Assembly: GCA_963822445.1 (NCBI GenBank)
Contig: CAWGHO010000001.1
Span: forward strand, 128,001 to 192,000
Length of the DNA: 64,000 nucleotides
Direction of reading: 5' to 3'
From: an uncultured Acidobacteriota bacterium
Lineage (GTDB): Bacteria > Acidobacteriota > Thermoanaerobaculia > Gp7-AA8
Shown: one piece after another, positions 55,701 through 64,000 of the stretch
Layout: each line of letters opens with the position of its first letter
Position numbering within the stretch: the stretch's first letter is position 1
Made by a program: the position numbers and the translations under genes
Notes under the pieces: generated by a model
Databases searched by the model: none
The model's input: only the letters and a program-made list of their open reading frames with translations
What the model was told of the DNA's origin: nothing

Positions 55701-55808
55701 AGTCGCGGCGGGCGTCGTGGCCTGAACGGCGGCCAGAGTCACGGCTGGATTCGCTCGAACCGTACCGAGCAGGAAGTGGACGATCAGCGCGAGCAGTAAG
55801 GAACTCAT
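52773..55808 (-). CDS. Secreted VIT + vWA-like + Pro-rich linker + TPR + DUF2135-like protein
   Basis: VIT (FRNP..IEGRF..DPALLEQ), VDTSAS, TPRs and LAWETDANDVDLHVIDP..GPE. Confidence 0.85.
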   Translation of the reverse strand: MSSLLLALIVHFLLGTVRANPAVTLAAVQATTPAATPTVSEQPATPPVTFADPDGQELILEEVSARVAIHGMLSLTELEFRFRNPQARRIEGRFTCTLPPNAAISRFAKDVNGHLMEGEVVERLRANQVYEQFLHQMRDPALLEQDQGNRFSARIFPIEANAPVHLVLSYTQLLPARDGVRTYALPLRGLPKVNKLTFRGFVTPLPGEETRGKLTTSSAEVTSFDERDWTPDRDIVLTSRATDGPQILRAGDFYLASLRPTVSTANRLPPTAYRFYVDTSASSAEGAIHRIRGIEKTLAALPAQDSVQLVAFDNEVVPLASGTAAEMSRRAGDLLRTRLFLGGTDLSAVVADANRALRDDPSRAIVIASDLVPTLGDTKIESIAGRGIVHALVLGSREDGAVAKKLTAGRGRVIRVPFTDAIDGAARAAAAELRRPLGGSVDVTDPSAEWLYPTHFDDVGNGEEIFVLGKVKAGREPEVAGARTTARLAASTFAPLLEREAYRAYLEYLAEREASEPSEAVRKALATEQVRISIEQRVVIPRTTMLVLESEWDYQRFGIDRRALAAILTVDAGGIGRLDRTPMQPIPMPRAPRPPRPMPVPMERQKSSTAPVPVPVPEPAAVPPPVDFVQDSVQEAGVEADAMRVGAVSETITMAAEAPRIAAPSVMPPPPPPPPRPTPPPPREEKRERRDWTRREIPSRSVIAELEAKLKAEPQNRELYNQLSEALAAHNEWSSLRSVALRWQPYDPENPQVYEVLGMAADNLGKESEAARAFASLIEVAPAKTELLQRAGLLLLRAKRAKLAEAPLRKALEVRPDRANGYRHLALMLRQDGQVEEAARVLESATRQTFPQWYGNVQRVIREELAYVYRAWQAKDPSRRAEIADRAREHDVDLLRVDALRVTLAWETDANDVDLHVIDPRGAECYYQNRSTPSGLTLYEDITQGLGPEVIRTSNVDPGTYHIGVRYFAAGPMGVSRGVVTVMRNGQVEIHPFRLVQGGGDIRYVAAVKVK

Positions 55809-55936
55809 GCCGCTTAGACGGCGCTGGTGGCCCGGAGGAAACCCGCGTGGGCTGCATCACAGCCTGTCCGGAGGAATCCAATAACAATAACCGCCGTTCC
55901 GGTCCCTGGTTCACCCACAAGAAAGGTCCAACCCTG

Positions 55937-58900
55937 ATGCGCTTTCGCACACTCGGTGTTTTCGCCGTAGCCCTGCTCGTCCTTTCCGCGCCATCCGCCA
56001 TGGCCACCGACTACTACGCGGACGTGTCGGGCGGATCGTGGACCTCGAACACGACCTGGCATCTGGTCTCGAACTCCGGGCCTGTCGCACCGGCGGGCAC
56101 GTATCCAGGCTCGGCTACGGGTGACAAGGCCATCATCGATTTCCAGGGGATCGCCGTCACGTTGTCAGCGGCCGTTCCGAACGCGGTCACGATCGACTTC
56201 AACAACGTCTCCTGCTCGCTCACAGTGACCACCGGCGGATCGGTGGCGCTCACCGGCGCCTCGCAGATCGCCGGCGGCACGATTCTCAGTCTCACCGGCG
56301 GCACGGTGGACAACGGCGGCACGCTGACCATCGGCTCGACCTCGGCCATCAACTGGTCGACCGGCACGATCACCGGCGCGGGCACGACCATCATCAGCGC
56401 CGGCGCCGACCTCAACGCGACCGGCAGCTCGATGATCGTCACCGGGGGCCAGACCATCAACGTGTTCGACACGCTGACCTACGGCGCATCGGCGAGCGGC
56501 CTCGCCGTCAACAGCGGTGCGAAGATCGTCGTGCAGAGCGGCGGCCTCTTCGACGTCCAGAACGCCAACGGCATCGCCGGCGACAACCTCGGCGGCGCCA
56601 ACATCACCGTCAATTCCGGCGGCACCTTCCTCAAGTCCAACGGCAACTTCGGCACGAACATCAGCCCGACCTTCAACAACAACGGCACGGTCCAGGTCAA
56701 CATCTCCTCGATGGGATTTGCGCGCGGCACCCACACCGGCGCGTTCATCATGAACGGGCCGACGACGGGGCTCGGGTTTGCCTTCGGCGGGACGCACACC
56801 TTCAGCGGCGCGACGGGCTCCATCAGCGGTACGGGTTCGGCCTTCTTCGGCGGCCCGACCGTGATCTCTGCCGGCGCGGACCTCGACATCTCGAACCTGA
56901 GCAACGACAGCTTCTCGTCGATTTCCGGCAACGGCACGGTCAATCTCACGGGCACGTTCACCTGGAACGCGAGCTCGATCAGCGGCATCACCTTCAACGC
57001 GCTCGGCGGCTCGACGGTCAACCTCACCGGCGCCGGCAACACCTCGATCGCGAGCGCTGCGCATTTCAACAACGCCGGCACGATGACCATCAACCCGGGC
57101 GCCACCTTCTCCATCGTCAGCGACGCTCACCTGACCAACAACGGCACGATCAACATCGCCGGCGACCTGACCATCAACTCCGACGGCGCGCCGCTGGCGC
57201 GCATCGACAACCTGGCCACGCGCAGCATCAACAAGACCGCCGGCGCGGGCGCGGCCTACATCGCCGTCAAGCTCAATAACGCCGGCAGCGTCTCCGCGCT
57301 GTCGGGCCTCCTCAAGCTCCAGCAGGGCGGCACGCACAGCGGCTCATGGGGTCTCGGCACCAGCGCCGCGCTCGTCTTCGACGGCGGCACCCACCAGTTC
57401 ACCGGCGGCAGCTTCAGCGGCAGCACCGGCACGGTCGGACTCAACGCCGGCGTCATGGACGTCGACGCCAACATCACTCTCGCTTCGGGCATCGCCTTCC
57501 AGCAGAGCGGCGGCGTCCTCACCGGCGCGGGCAACTTCACCGCCGGCGGAGCGTTCCTCTGGACCGGCGGCACGATGAGCAACGTCTCCGGCAACGGCCA
57601 GACCATCCTCACCGGCACGAGCTCGCAGATCGCCGGCACGACCAGCACGATTGTTCTCTCCGGACGCACCATCTCCAACACCGGCACGTTCACGTACAAC
57701 CCGACGACCGGGATCGAGCTGTCGATCGATGACGGCGGGCTCTTTCTCAATACCGGCACGTTCAACTGGGTCGGCGATGCGGAAATCGACTCCAACCAGG
57801 CCAGTACTCCCCGCTTCACCAACGGCGGCGTGATCAACAAGAGCACCGGTACGGGCGTGGCCAACATCTACGCGGTCTTCAGGAACAACCAGACCCTCAA
57901 CCTGACCAGCGGCAGCATGGCCTTGCACGGTGGGGGCGACACGCTCGGCACAATCACCTTTATCAACGCCGCCAACAGGATGATCATCGCCAACGGATCC
58001 TTCTCGACGACGCAGCCGACCCTCACCGGCGGCGGCGTGATCGCTGTCGACGGGCCGTTCGCGACGCTCGGCCTGACCGGGACGGTGACCATTCCCCAGA
58101 TGGAGATTCTGAACGGCGGCACCGTCGCCGGCGGGACGCTCACCATCGGCACGTCACTGATCTGGCGCAACGGCACGATGCTCGGCGGCGTCACCAACAT
58201 CAACGTTGGTGCAAACCTCATTGCGACTTCGCTCAACGGCGCGCTCACGCTCGATACGCACAGCCTCACCAACAACGGCACGTTCACCTGGGACGGCTCG
58301 AACACTCTCCAACTGATCAACGGCTCGTCGCTGATCAACAACGGCACCTTTAACGCGACCGGCAACGGCACCATCGGCGGGACGGCCCCGGCGAACGCCA
58401 TCACGAACAACGGCACGTTCGAGAAAACGGGCGGCACGTCAGGCACGCGCATCGATCCGGTGTTCGGCAACAGCGGCCAGCTCAGCTCCGAAGTGCCGGG
58501 CCAATCGCTGATCATCGCCGGAGGCGGCTCGCAGACCGGCGGAGGGTCGCTGGTGACCGTCACCGGTGCGCTGATCGATTTCTTCGCCGGCACCTTCACC
58601 GTTCCGCCCGGAACCTCCCCGTTCATGGGCAGCGGCATCTTCCGCGTCAACGGCGGCACGCTGTCGATCACGGGCAGCCTGAACATCCCCGCCCCCGCCA
58701 CGCTGGTCGTCGACAGCGGCGCGCTCAACGTCGCGGTCTCCTCGACCTTTCAGATCTTCGGCGGCCTGACCTGGAACGGCGGCACGCTGCAGGGCGACGG
58801 CACGACCCGCACGTTCGGCGGCTCGATCGGCAACACCGCCGCAAAGACGCTCAACAACAATCACACCCTGACCGTTGCCGGGGGCACGTTCAACTACACC

Positions 58901-61900
58901 GCGACAAGCCCGAACCTGCTGACGATCGGCGGCACAGCGAACTTCAACATCGAGAACAGCGCCACGGTGGTGATGGCCGCCAACTCGGCGATCACCGGCA
59001 CGTCGACTGACGGTCTGACCATCAGTTTCGGCGCGACGCTCGACACGTCCGCGGGCACGAGCACGGTCAGCAACGGCACGATGTCGGGCGGCACCATCGC
59101 CACCGGCGCAAGTGGACGTCTCGATTTCGGCAGCGGCGCCTTCGCGATCAACGCGGGCAGCGTGACCGGAACCGGAACGATCGGCGTCATCGGCGCGACC
59201 CTCACGGTCAATGCCACCATCACCTTCCCGAATCTCATCCAGAGCGGCGGCACACTCACGGGCACCGGCGCACTCACCGTCAACGGCGGCACGTGGACGG
59301 GCGGCACGATGACGGGCACCGGCAGCACGACGGTCGGCACCGGCGCGTCGTTCGGCATCGCGGCCGGCTCCGGGAAGACGCTCGCTCGCAACCTGAGCAA
59401 CAACGGCACGGTGGGGATGACCGATGGCTTCGCCCTCAGCGGCACAGCCATTGCCGCGAACGGCGGAACAGGCACCTGGAACGACACCGCGGCCGCGGTC
59501 ATGACCTGCGCCGCCTGCACGGGCAAGTTCCACAACCTCGGCTCGTACAACAAGAGCGGCACCCTCACCAGCCACTCGGTCCGTTTCGACAACGACGGGA
59601 CACTGACGATCGGCGTCGGCGCGCCCGGTCTTCGCTTCCTCGCCGGCGGCACGCACAACGGCGACTTCATCACCAATACAGGCAGCGTGGACTTCGGCGG
59701 CACCCAGACCTTCAACGCGACCTCGGACACCACTGGTGGCGGGTTCGTAAGCTACCTCGACAACACCGTTCATCAGGGAACGCTCGTAATCAGCAGCACC
59801 GCTCCAACCAGCGGTGTTTCGCTCAACAACGGGTCCAATGTCACATTCAACACGGCGTCGGCCGTTCAGACGCCGCGAATCATCATCACCGGTGATCTCG
59901 ATGGAACGTCTGCTGTCACGCTCACCGGGCCAACCACCAGCATCTGGCAGGGCGGCACGATCGGCGGCACCGGTCCATTCACGATCGGCAGCGGCGCGAC
60001 GCTGTCCGTCGAGTCCGCCACCGGAATTCTCGACGGCCGCACAATCACCAACAACGGCACGCTTTCGGTCACCCGCAGTATTGCCGCTGGTCTTGGCGGC
60101 GGATCAATCATCAATACGAGCGGATTCCGCGCTCAGCCGACCGCCAACATCACCATCGGCCCTGCCTTCACCAATCAGGGGCTGGCCCAGTTCCAGGCAT
60201 TCGATACGGCCTTCAACGGCGGCTACACCCAGACCGCGGGTTCCACGCAGCTCATCGGCGGCACGTTCTCCTCGCCGCTCACCGTCAACATCGACGGCGG
60301 CACGGTCACCGGCAACGGCACCATCTCCGCCAACGTCAGCAACGACGGCACGTTCGCGCCGGGTGCCTCCGCCGGCACGATCACCATCGCCGGCAACTTC
60401 ACCCAGTCCAACACCGGCGTGATCAACAGCGAGATCGGCGGCACGGCGCCGGGAACCGGCTACGACCAGCTCGTCGTTACCGGTGCGGCAACGCTCGACG
60501 GCACGATGAACGTCACGTTCATCAACGCGTTCACCCCGGCCGACGCCAACGTCTTCGATCTCGTCACCTGGGCCTCGCACACCGGCGCGTTCGCGACGGT
60601 GAACCTGCCGCCGTTCCCTCCCGGCACGCTGATCCCGACGTACGAGACCAACGCCTTCCGCATCACCGCCGACGCCGTCGGTGACCTCGGCATCACCAAG
60701 ACCGGCCCGGCCAACGCCACGGTCGGACAGAACATCTCCTACTCGATCGTCGTGAACAACGGCGGGCCGTCTGCGGCCGACAACGTGATCGTCAGCGATC
60801 CGACGCCGGCCAACATGACCTGGGTCTCGAACAGCGGCGATTGCACGACCGCCTTCCCCTGCTCGCTCGGAACCGTGGCCGCGGGGGCGACGAAGACCAT
60901 CACCGCGATCTTCACCGTCACCGGCGGCGCGGGAACGAACATCACCAACACCGCCACGGTCTCCACGACCTCCACCGACAACGTCACCGCGAACAACACC
61001 GCCAGCTCGACGGCCTTCGTCGATCTCGCCGACGTGTCCATCACCAAGACCGGTCCGGCCAGCGCGGCCTTCGGCCAGAACGTCTCCTTCACCATCACCG
61101 TCACCAGCAACGGACCTTCGCCGGCGAGCAATGTGATCGTCAGCGATCCCACGCCGGCCAACATGACCTGGGTCTCAAACAGCGGCAATTGCACGACCGC
61201 CTTCCCCTGCTCGCTGGGCACGCTCAACTCCGGCGTCACCAAGACCATCACCGCGACCTACACCATCACCGGCGGCGCGGGCACCAACATCACCAACACC
61301 GCCACTGTCTCGACGTCGACGCCGGAAAGCACGACCGCGAACAACAGCGGCAGCGCGACGGTCTTCGTCGACCTCGCCGACCTGGCGATCACCAAGACCG
61401 GTCCGGCCACGGCCCAGGCAGGCGGCGACATCTCCTTCACCATCACCGTTGCCAACGGCGGTCAGTCCGCCGCCAACAACGTCGTCGTCAACGACCCGAC
61501 CCCGGCCGGACTGAACTTCCTGTCGAACAGCGGCGACTGCACCACGGCCTTCCCCTGCTCGCTGGGCAGCGTTCCCAGCGGCGCGACGAAGACCATCATC
61601 GCCACCTACTCGGTCGCCGCCGACAGGTCGGGTACGACCATCACCAACACCGCCACGGTCACCACGACCACCACCGACGACACCTCCAACAACAGCGCGA
61701 GCGCCACGGTCGCCATCGACTGCCTCAACTCCACGCCGACGAATCTCACCGCAACCGTCGGTGCGGGCGGCGACGGAACGCTCTCATGGCGCGGTACCGG
61801 CGAGTCGTACATCGTCTTCCTCGGACCGCAAGGCTCGGGCTGCAGCACGCAGTTCGCTACGACCGCGTCGCGCTCGGTTTCGTTCTCCGACCTCGCGCCG

Positions 61901-64000
61901 GGAACCTACGAGTGGCGCGTGCAGAGTCTTGCCGAGAACTGCGACACCTTCACCAGCGCCTGCGTGACGTTCACGGTGGCTGAGGACACGCCGGATTGCA
62001 CGGTGCCCGCGGCGCCGATCGTCAGCGTCGTCGGCCAGACCACCTCGGCCAAGACGTACGAAGTGCAGTGGGAACCGGTGCCGGGCGCGGTCCGTTACGA
62101 GATCGACGAAGCCACGAACCCCGAATTCCTCGGCGCCACGCGGCTGACCGTCACCGGCAACAGCCAGGCCTACAAACACGACGTGATCGTCGCGACCGCG
62201 TTCTACTACCGCGTCCGCGCGTTCGCGAACTGCACCAACACGCCCGGTCCGGACTCGACGACTGTGCGCGTGGTCATCATTCCGCTGCCGCCCAAGGACC
62301 AGGAAGATCCGCAGGTCAACATCCCCGCGGGTAGCGAAGAAGTGGTCGTGCAGACGGTCTTCATTCCGGGTGAGCCGGGACAGAACCTGCTCTACACCGC
62401 GACGACCGACCGTCCGTGGCTGACGGTTCGTCCGCAGCAGGGCGTGATCACGCCGGCCGGCATCAACCTCGAAGTCATCGCCGATCCGAAGACGCTGCCG
62501 AACGGCACGTTCACGGCGAGCATCATCGTCACCATCACCGACGGCACCAGCGGCCGCATCGGCACGCACGGCACGACCGTGAAGACCACGCCGTTCTCCA
62601 TCAACCTCGTCACGCCGGTCACGCCGGTTGCATCCAAGCCGGCGACCTCGCAATACGCGCTGATCATCCCCACCGCCGGTCATCTCGACGGCGTCAACTC
62701 GCACTGGCAGTCCGATATCCGCGTCACCAACGCCGGCTTCAAATCGGCGCGCTATCAGCTGACCTTCACGCCGTCCGGCGGCACGACCCAGGGCGTGAAG
62801 CAGACGAACATCACCGTCGATGCCGGAGCAACGACCGCGCTCGACGACATCGTCCGCAACTGGTTCGGTCTGGGCACGCTCAACGACGGCGCGAACGGCA
62901 TGCTCGAGATCCTGCCGCTCGATGATGCGGCCACGACCTCCCTGACCACCGTCGCGTCGAGCCGCACGTACAACGTCAGCGGCAACGGAACCCTCGGCCA
63001 GTACATCCCGGCCGTACCGTTCCCGAGCTTCATCGGCCGCGCGCTGCCGAACGCGTTGCCGCAGGTTCTCAGCCTGCAGCAGATCGCGCAGTCCTCGCAG
63101 TACCGCACGAATGTCGGCCTCGCGGAAGCGGGCGGCGCCTCGGTCAATGCGGTCCTGAGCGTCTTCAACGCGAACGGCTCCAAGCTCGCCGAGATCCCGG
63201 TTGCGCTCGCGGCCGGTCAGCAGTTGCAGATGAACCAGCTCCTGGCCACGCAAGGCATCGAGCTGAACGACGGCCGCATCGAAGTGAAGGTCACCGGCGG
63301 CGACGGCAAGATCACCGCGTACGCCTCGGTGGTCGACAGCGCGACGCAGGACCCGCTGCTCGTCAGCGGCACGCCGCTTTCGGGCTCCGGCGCGACGAAG
63401 TTCGTCCTGCCGGGCGTGGCCAATCTCGACAATCCGGTCGCGCACTGGCGCACGGACATGCGCGTGTTCAACTACGGCAACTCCTCGCAGCCGGCGACGC
63501 TGACCTTCTTCCCGTTCAACAACGGTCCGTCGAAGACCGCGCAGGTTCTTCTCGGCGCGGGCCAGATCATGACCCTCGACAACATCCTGAAGACGCAGTT
63601 CGAAACGGAGAACACCGGTGGTGTGGTCCACCTCACGACGCCGAATCCGGCTTCGCTCGTCGTCACCGGCCGCACGTACAACCAGACCGAGAACGGCACG
63701 TTCGGCCAGTTCGTACCGGCCGTGACCGTCGATCAGGCGGTCGGCGTGAACGAGCGGACGCTGCACATCCTGCAGGTCGAGGACTCGACGCGCTATCGCA
63801 CGAACATCGGCCTGGCCGAGGTGACCGGGAAGCCGGTGACGGTGGAGATGCAGATCGTCCTGCCGGATTCGAAGATCACCCCGACCATCCAGATCCCGCT
63901 CGCCGCGAACGAGTTCAGGCAGTTCAACGTGATCCGGGACCTCGGCGTCGGCAACGTCTACAACGCGCGCATCACCGTGCGCGTGCTCGACGGCCAGGGC
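55937..64000 (+). CDS. Giant secreted adhesin-like protein (>2680 aa, runs off window)
   Basis: ATG 55937 with signal peptide; long G/T/N-rich beta-helix region, three DUF11 repeats, FN3 and BACON-like domains, duplicated C-terminal module; no in-frame stop noticed. Confidence 0.85.
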   Translation, partial: MRFRTLGVFAVALLVLSAPSAMATDYYADVSGGSWTSNTTWHLVSNSGPVAPAGTYPGSATGDKAIIDFQGIAVTLSAAVPNAVTIDFNNVSCSLTVTTGGSVALTGASQIAGGTILSLTGGTVDNGGTLTIGSTSAINWSTGTITGAGTTIISAGADLNATGSSMIVTGGQTINVFDTLTYGASASGLAVNSGAKIVVQSGGLFDVQNANGIAGDNLGGANITVNSGGTFLKSNGNFGTNISPTFNNNGTVQVNISSMGFARGTHTGAFIMNGPTTGLGFAFGGTHTFSGATGSISGTGSAFFGGPTVISAGADLDISNLSNDSFSSISGNGTVNLTGTFTWNASSISGITFNALGGSTVNLTGAGNTSIASAAHFNNAGTMTINPGATFSIVSDAHLTNNGTINIAGDLTINSDGAPLARIDNLATRSINKTAGAGAAYIAVKLNNAGSVSALSGLLKLQQGGTHSGSWGLGTSAALVFDGGTHQFTGGSFSGSTGTVGLNAGVMDVDANITLASGIAFQQSGGVLTGAGNFTAGGAFLWTGGTMSNVSGNGQTILTGTSSQIAGTTSTIVLSGRTISNTGTFTYNPTTGIELSIDDGGLFLNTGTFNWVGDAEIDSNQASTPRFTNGGVINKSTGTGVANIYAVFRNNQTLNLTSGSMALHGGGDTLGTITFINAANRMIIANGSFSTTQPTLTGGGVIAVDGPFATLGLTGTVTIPQMEILNGGTVAGGTLTIGTSLIWRNGTMLGGVTNINVGANLIATSLNGALTLDTHSLTNNGTFTWDGSNTLQLINGSSLINNGTFNATGNGTIGGTAPANAITNNGTFEKTGGTSGTRIDPVFGNSGQLSSEVPGQSLIIAGGGSQTGGGSLVTVTGALIDFFAGTFTVPPGTSPFMGSGIFRVNGGTLSITGSLNIPAPATLVVDSGALNVAVSSTFQIFGGLTWNGGTLQGDGTTRTFGGSIGNTAAKTLNNNHTLTVAGGTFNYTATSPNLLTIGGTANFNIENSATVVMAANSAITGTSTDGLTISFGATLDTSAGTSTVSNGTMSGGTIATGASGRLDFGSGAFAINAGSVTGTGTIGVIGATLTVNATITFPNLIQSGGTLTGTGALTVNGGTWTGGTMTGTGSTTVGTGASFGIAAGSGKTLARNLSNNGTVGMTDGFALSGTAIAANGGTGTWNDTAAAVMTCAACTGKFHNLGSYNKSGTLTSHSVRFDNDGTLTIGVGAPGLRFLAGGTHNGDFITNTGSVDFGGTQTFNATSDTTGGGFVSYLDNTVHQGTLVISSTAPTSGVSLNNGSNVTFNTASAVQTPRIIITGDLDGTSAVTLTGPTTSIWQGGTIGGTGPFTIGSGATLSVESATGILDGRTITNNGTLSVTRSIAAGLGGGSIINTSGFRAQPTANITIGPAFTNQGLAQFQAFDTAFNGGYTQTAGSTQLIGGTFSSPLTVNIDGGTVTGNGTISANVSNDGTFAPGASAGTITIAGNFTQSNTGVINSEIGGTAPGTGYDQLVVTGAATLDGTMNVTFINAFTPADANVFDLVTWASHTGAFATVNLPPFPPGTLIPTYETNAFRITADAVGDLGITKTGPANATVGQNISYSIVVNNGGPSAADNVIVSDPTPANMTWVSNSGDCTTAFPCSLGTVAAGATKTITAIFTVTGGAGTNITNTATVSTTSTDNVTANNTASSTAFVDLADVSITKTGPASAAFGQNVSFTITVTSNGPSPASNVIVSDPTPANMTWVSNSGNCTTAFPCSLGTLNSGVTKTITATYTITGGAGTNITNTATVSTSTPESTTANNSGSATVFVDLADLAITKTGPATAQAGGDISFTITVANGGQSAANNVVVNDPTPAGLNFLSNSGDCTTAFPCSLGSVPSGATKTIIATYSVAADRSGTTITNTATVTTTTTDDTSNNSASATVAIDCLNSTPTNLTATVGAGGDGTLSWRGTGESYIVFLGPQGSGCSTQFATTASRSVSFSDLAPGTYEWRVQSLAENCDTFTSACVTFTVAEDTPDCTVPAAPIVSVVGQTTSAKTYEVQWEPVPGAVRYEIDEATNPEFLGATRLTVTGNSQAYKHDVIVATAFYYRVRAFANCTNTPGPDSTTVRVVIIPLPPKDQEDPQVNIPAGSEEVVVQTVFIPGEPGQNLLYTATTDRPWLTVRPQQGVITPAGINLEVIADPKTLPNGTFTASIIVTITDGTSGRIGTHGTTVKTTPFSINLVTPVTPVASKPATSQYALIIPTAGHLDGVNSHWQSDIRVTNAGFKSARYQLTFTPSGGTTQGVKQTNITVDAGATTALDDIVRNWFGLGTLNDGANGMLEILPLDDAATTSLTTVASSRTYNVSGNGTLGQYIPAVPFPSFIGRALPNALPQVLSLQQIAQSSQYRTNVGLAEAGGASVNAVLSVFNANGSKLAEIPVALAAGQQLQMNQLLATQGIELNDGRIEVKVTGGDGKITAYASVVDSATQDPLLVSGTPLSGSGATKFVLPGVANLDNPVAHWRTDMRVFNYGNSSQPATLTFFPFNNGPSKTAQVLLGAGQIMTLDNILKTQFETENTGGVVHLTTPNPASLVVTGRTYNQTENGTFGQFVPAVTVDQAVGVNERTLHILQVEDSTRYRTNIGLAEVTGKPVTVEMQIVLPDSKITPTIQIPLAANEFRQFNVIRDLGVGNVYNARITVRVLDGQG
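60683..61720 (+). repeat. Three intragenic 348-bp tandem repeats (DUF11-like domains)
   Basis: GAC..ATCACCAAGACCGG(C/T)CCGGCC recurs at 60683, 61031 and 61379. Confidence 0.85.

Noticed and set aside
60683-61720. Near-identical repeats as a diversity-generating retroelement TR/VR pair
   Set aside because: They are in-frame domain repeats, differences are not confined to adenines, and there is no reverse transcriptase in the window.

Overview
High-GC bacterial chromosomal segment. Gene style suggests Acidobacteriota, probably Thermoanaerobaculia-like (inference). It holds about 52 CDSs: housekeeping genes (mutS, nagZ, fabF/ACP, hemW, meaB, der, manC-like), signalling genes (HD-GYP, Ser/Thr kinase, BlaI/M56, MocR) and large secreted proteins, including a plant-type LRR protein and a >2,680-aa adhesin-like protein that both run off the window and are missing from the ORF track. 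No rRNA, tRNA or CRISPR array was seen. Non-coding highlights: (1) a complete IS110 element (40881-42421) inserted into one arm of a palindromic repeat, whose core, circle-junction promoter and bridge-RNA target and donor loops can be read from the sequence; (2) seven intergenic hairpins whose ~31-38 bp arms are tandem 7- or 8-mers, built from six unrelated units and often filling the gap exactly from stop codon to start codon, plus one arm absorbed in-frame into a gene; (3) several REP/MITE-like palindromes; (4) widespread TAnnnT boxes 6-10 nt before start codons, suggesting leaderless mRNAs, including overlapping bidirectional promoters. Five genes carry frameshifts that look like sequencing indels.
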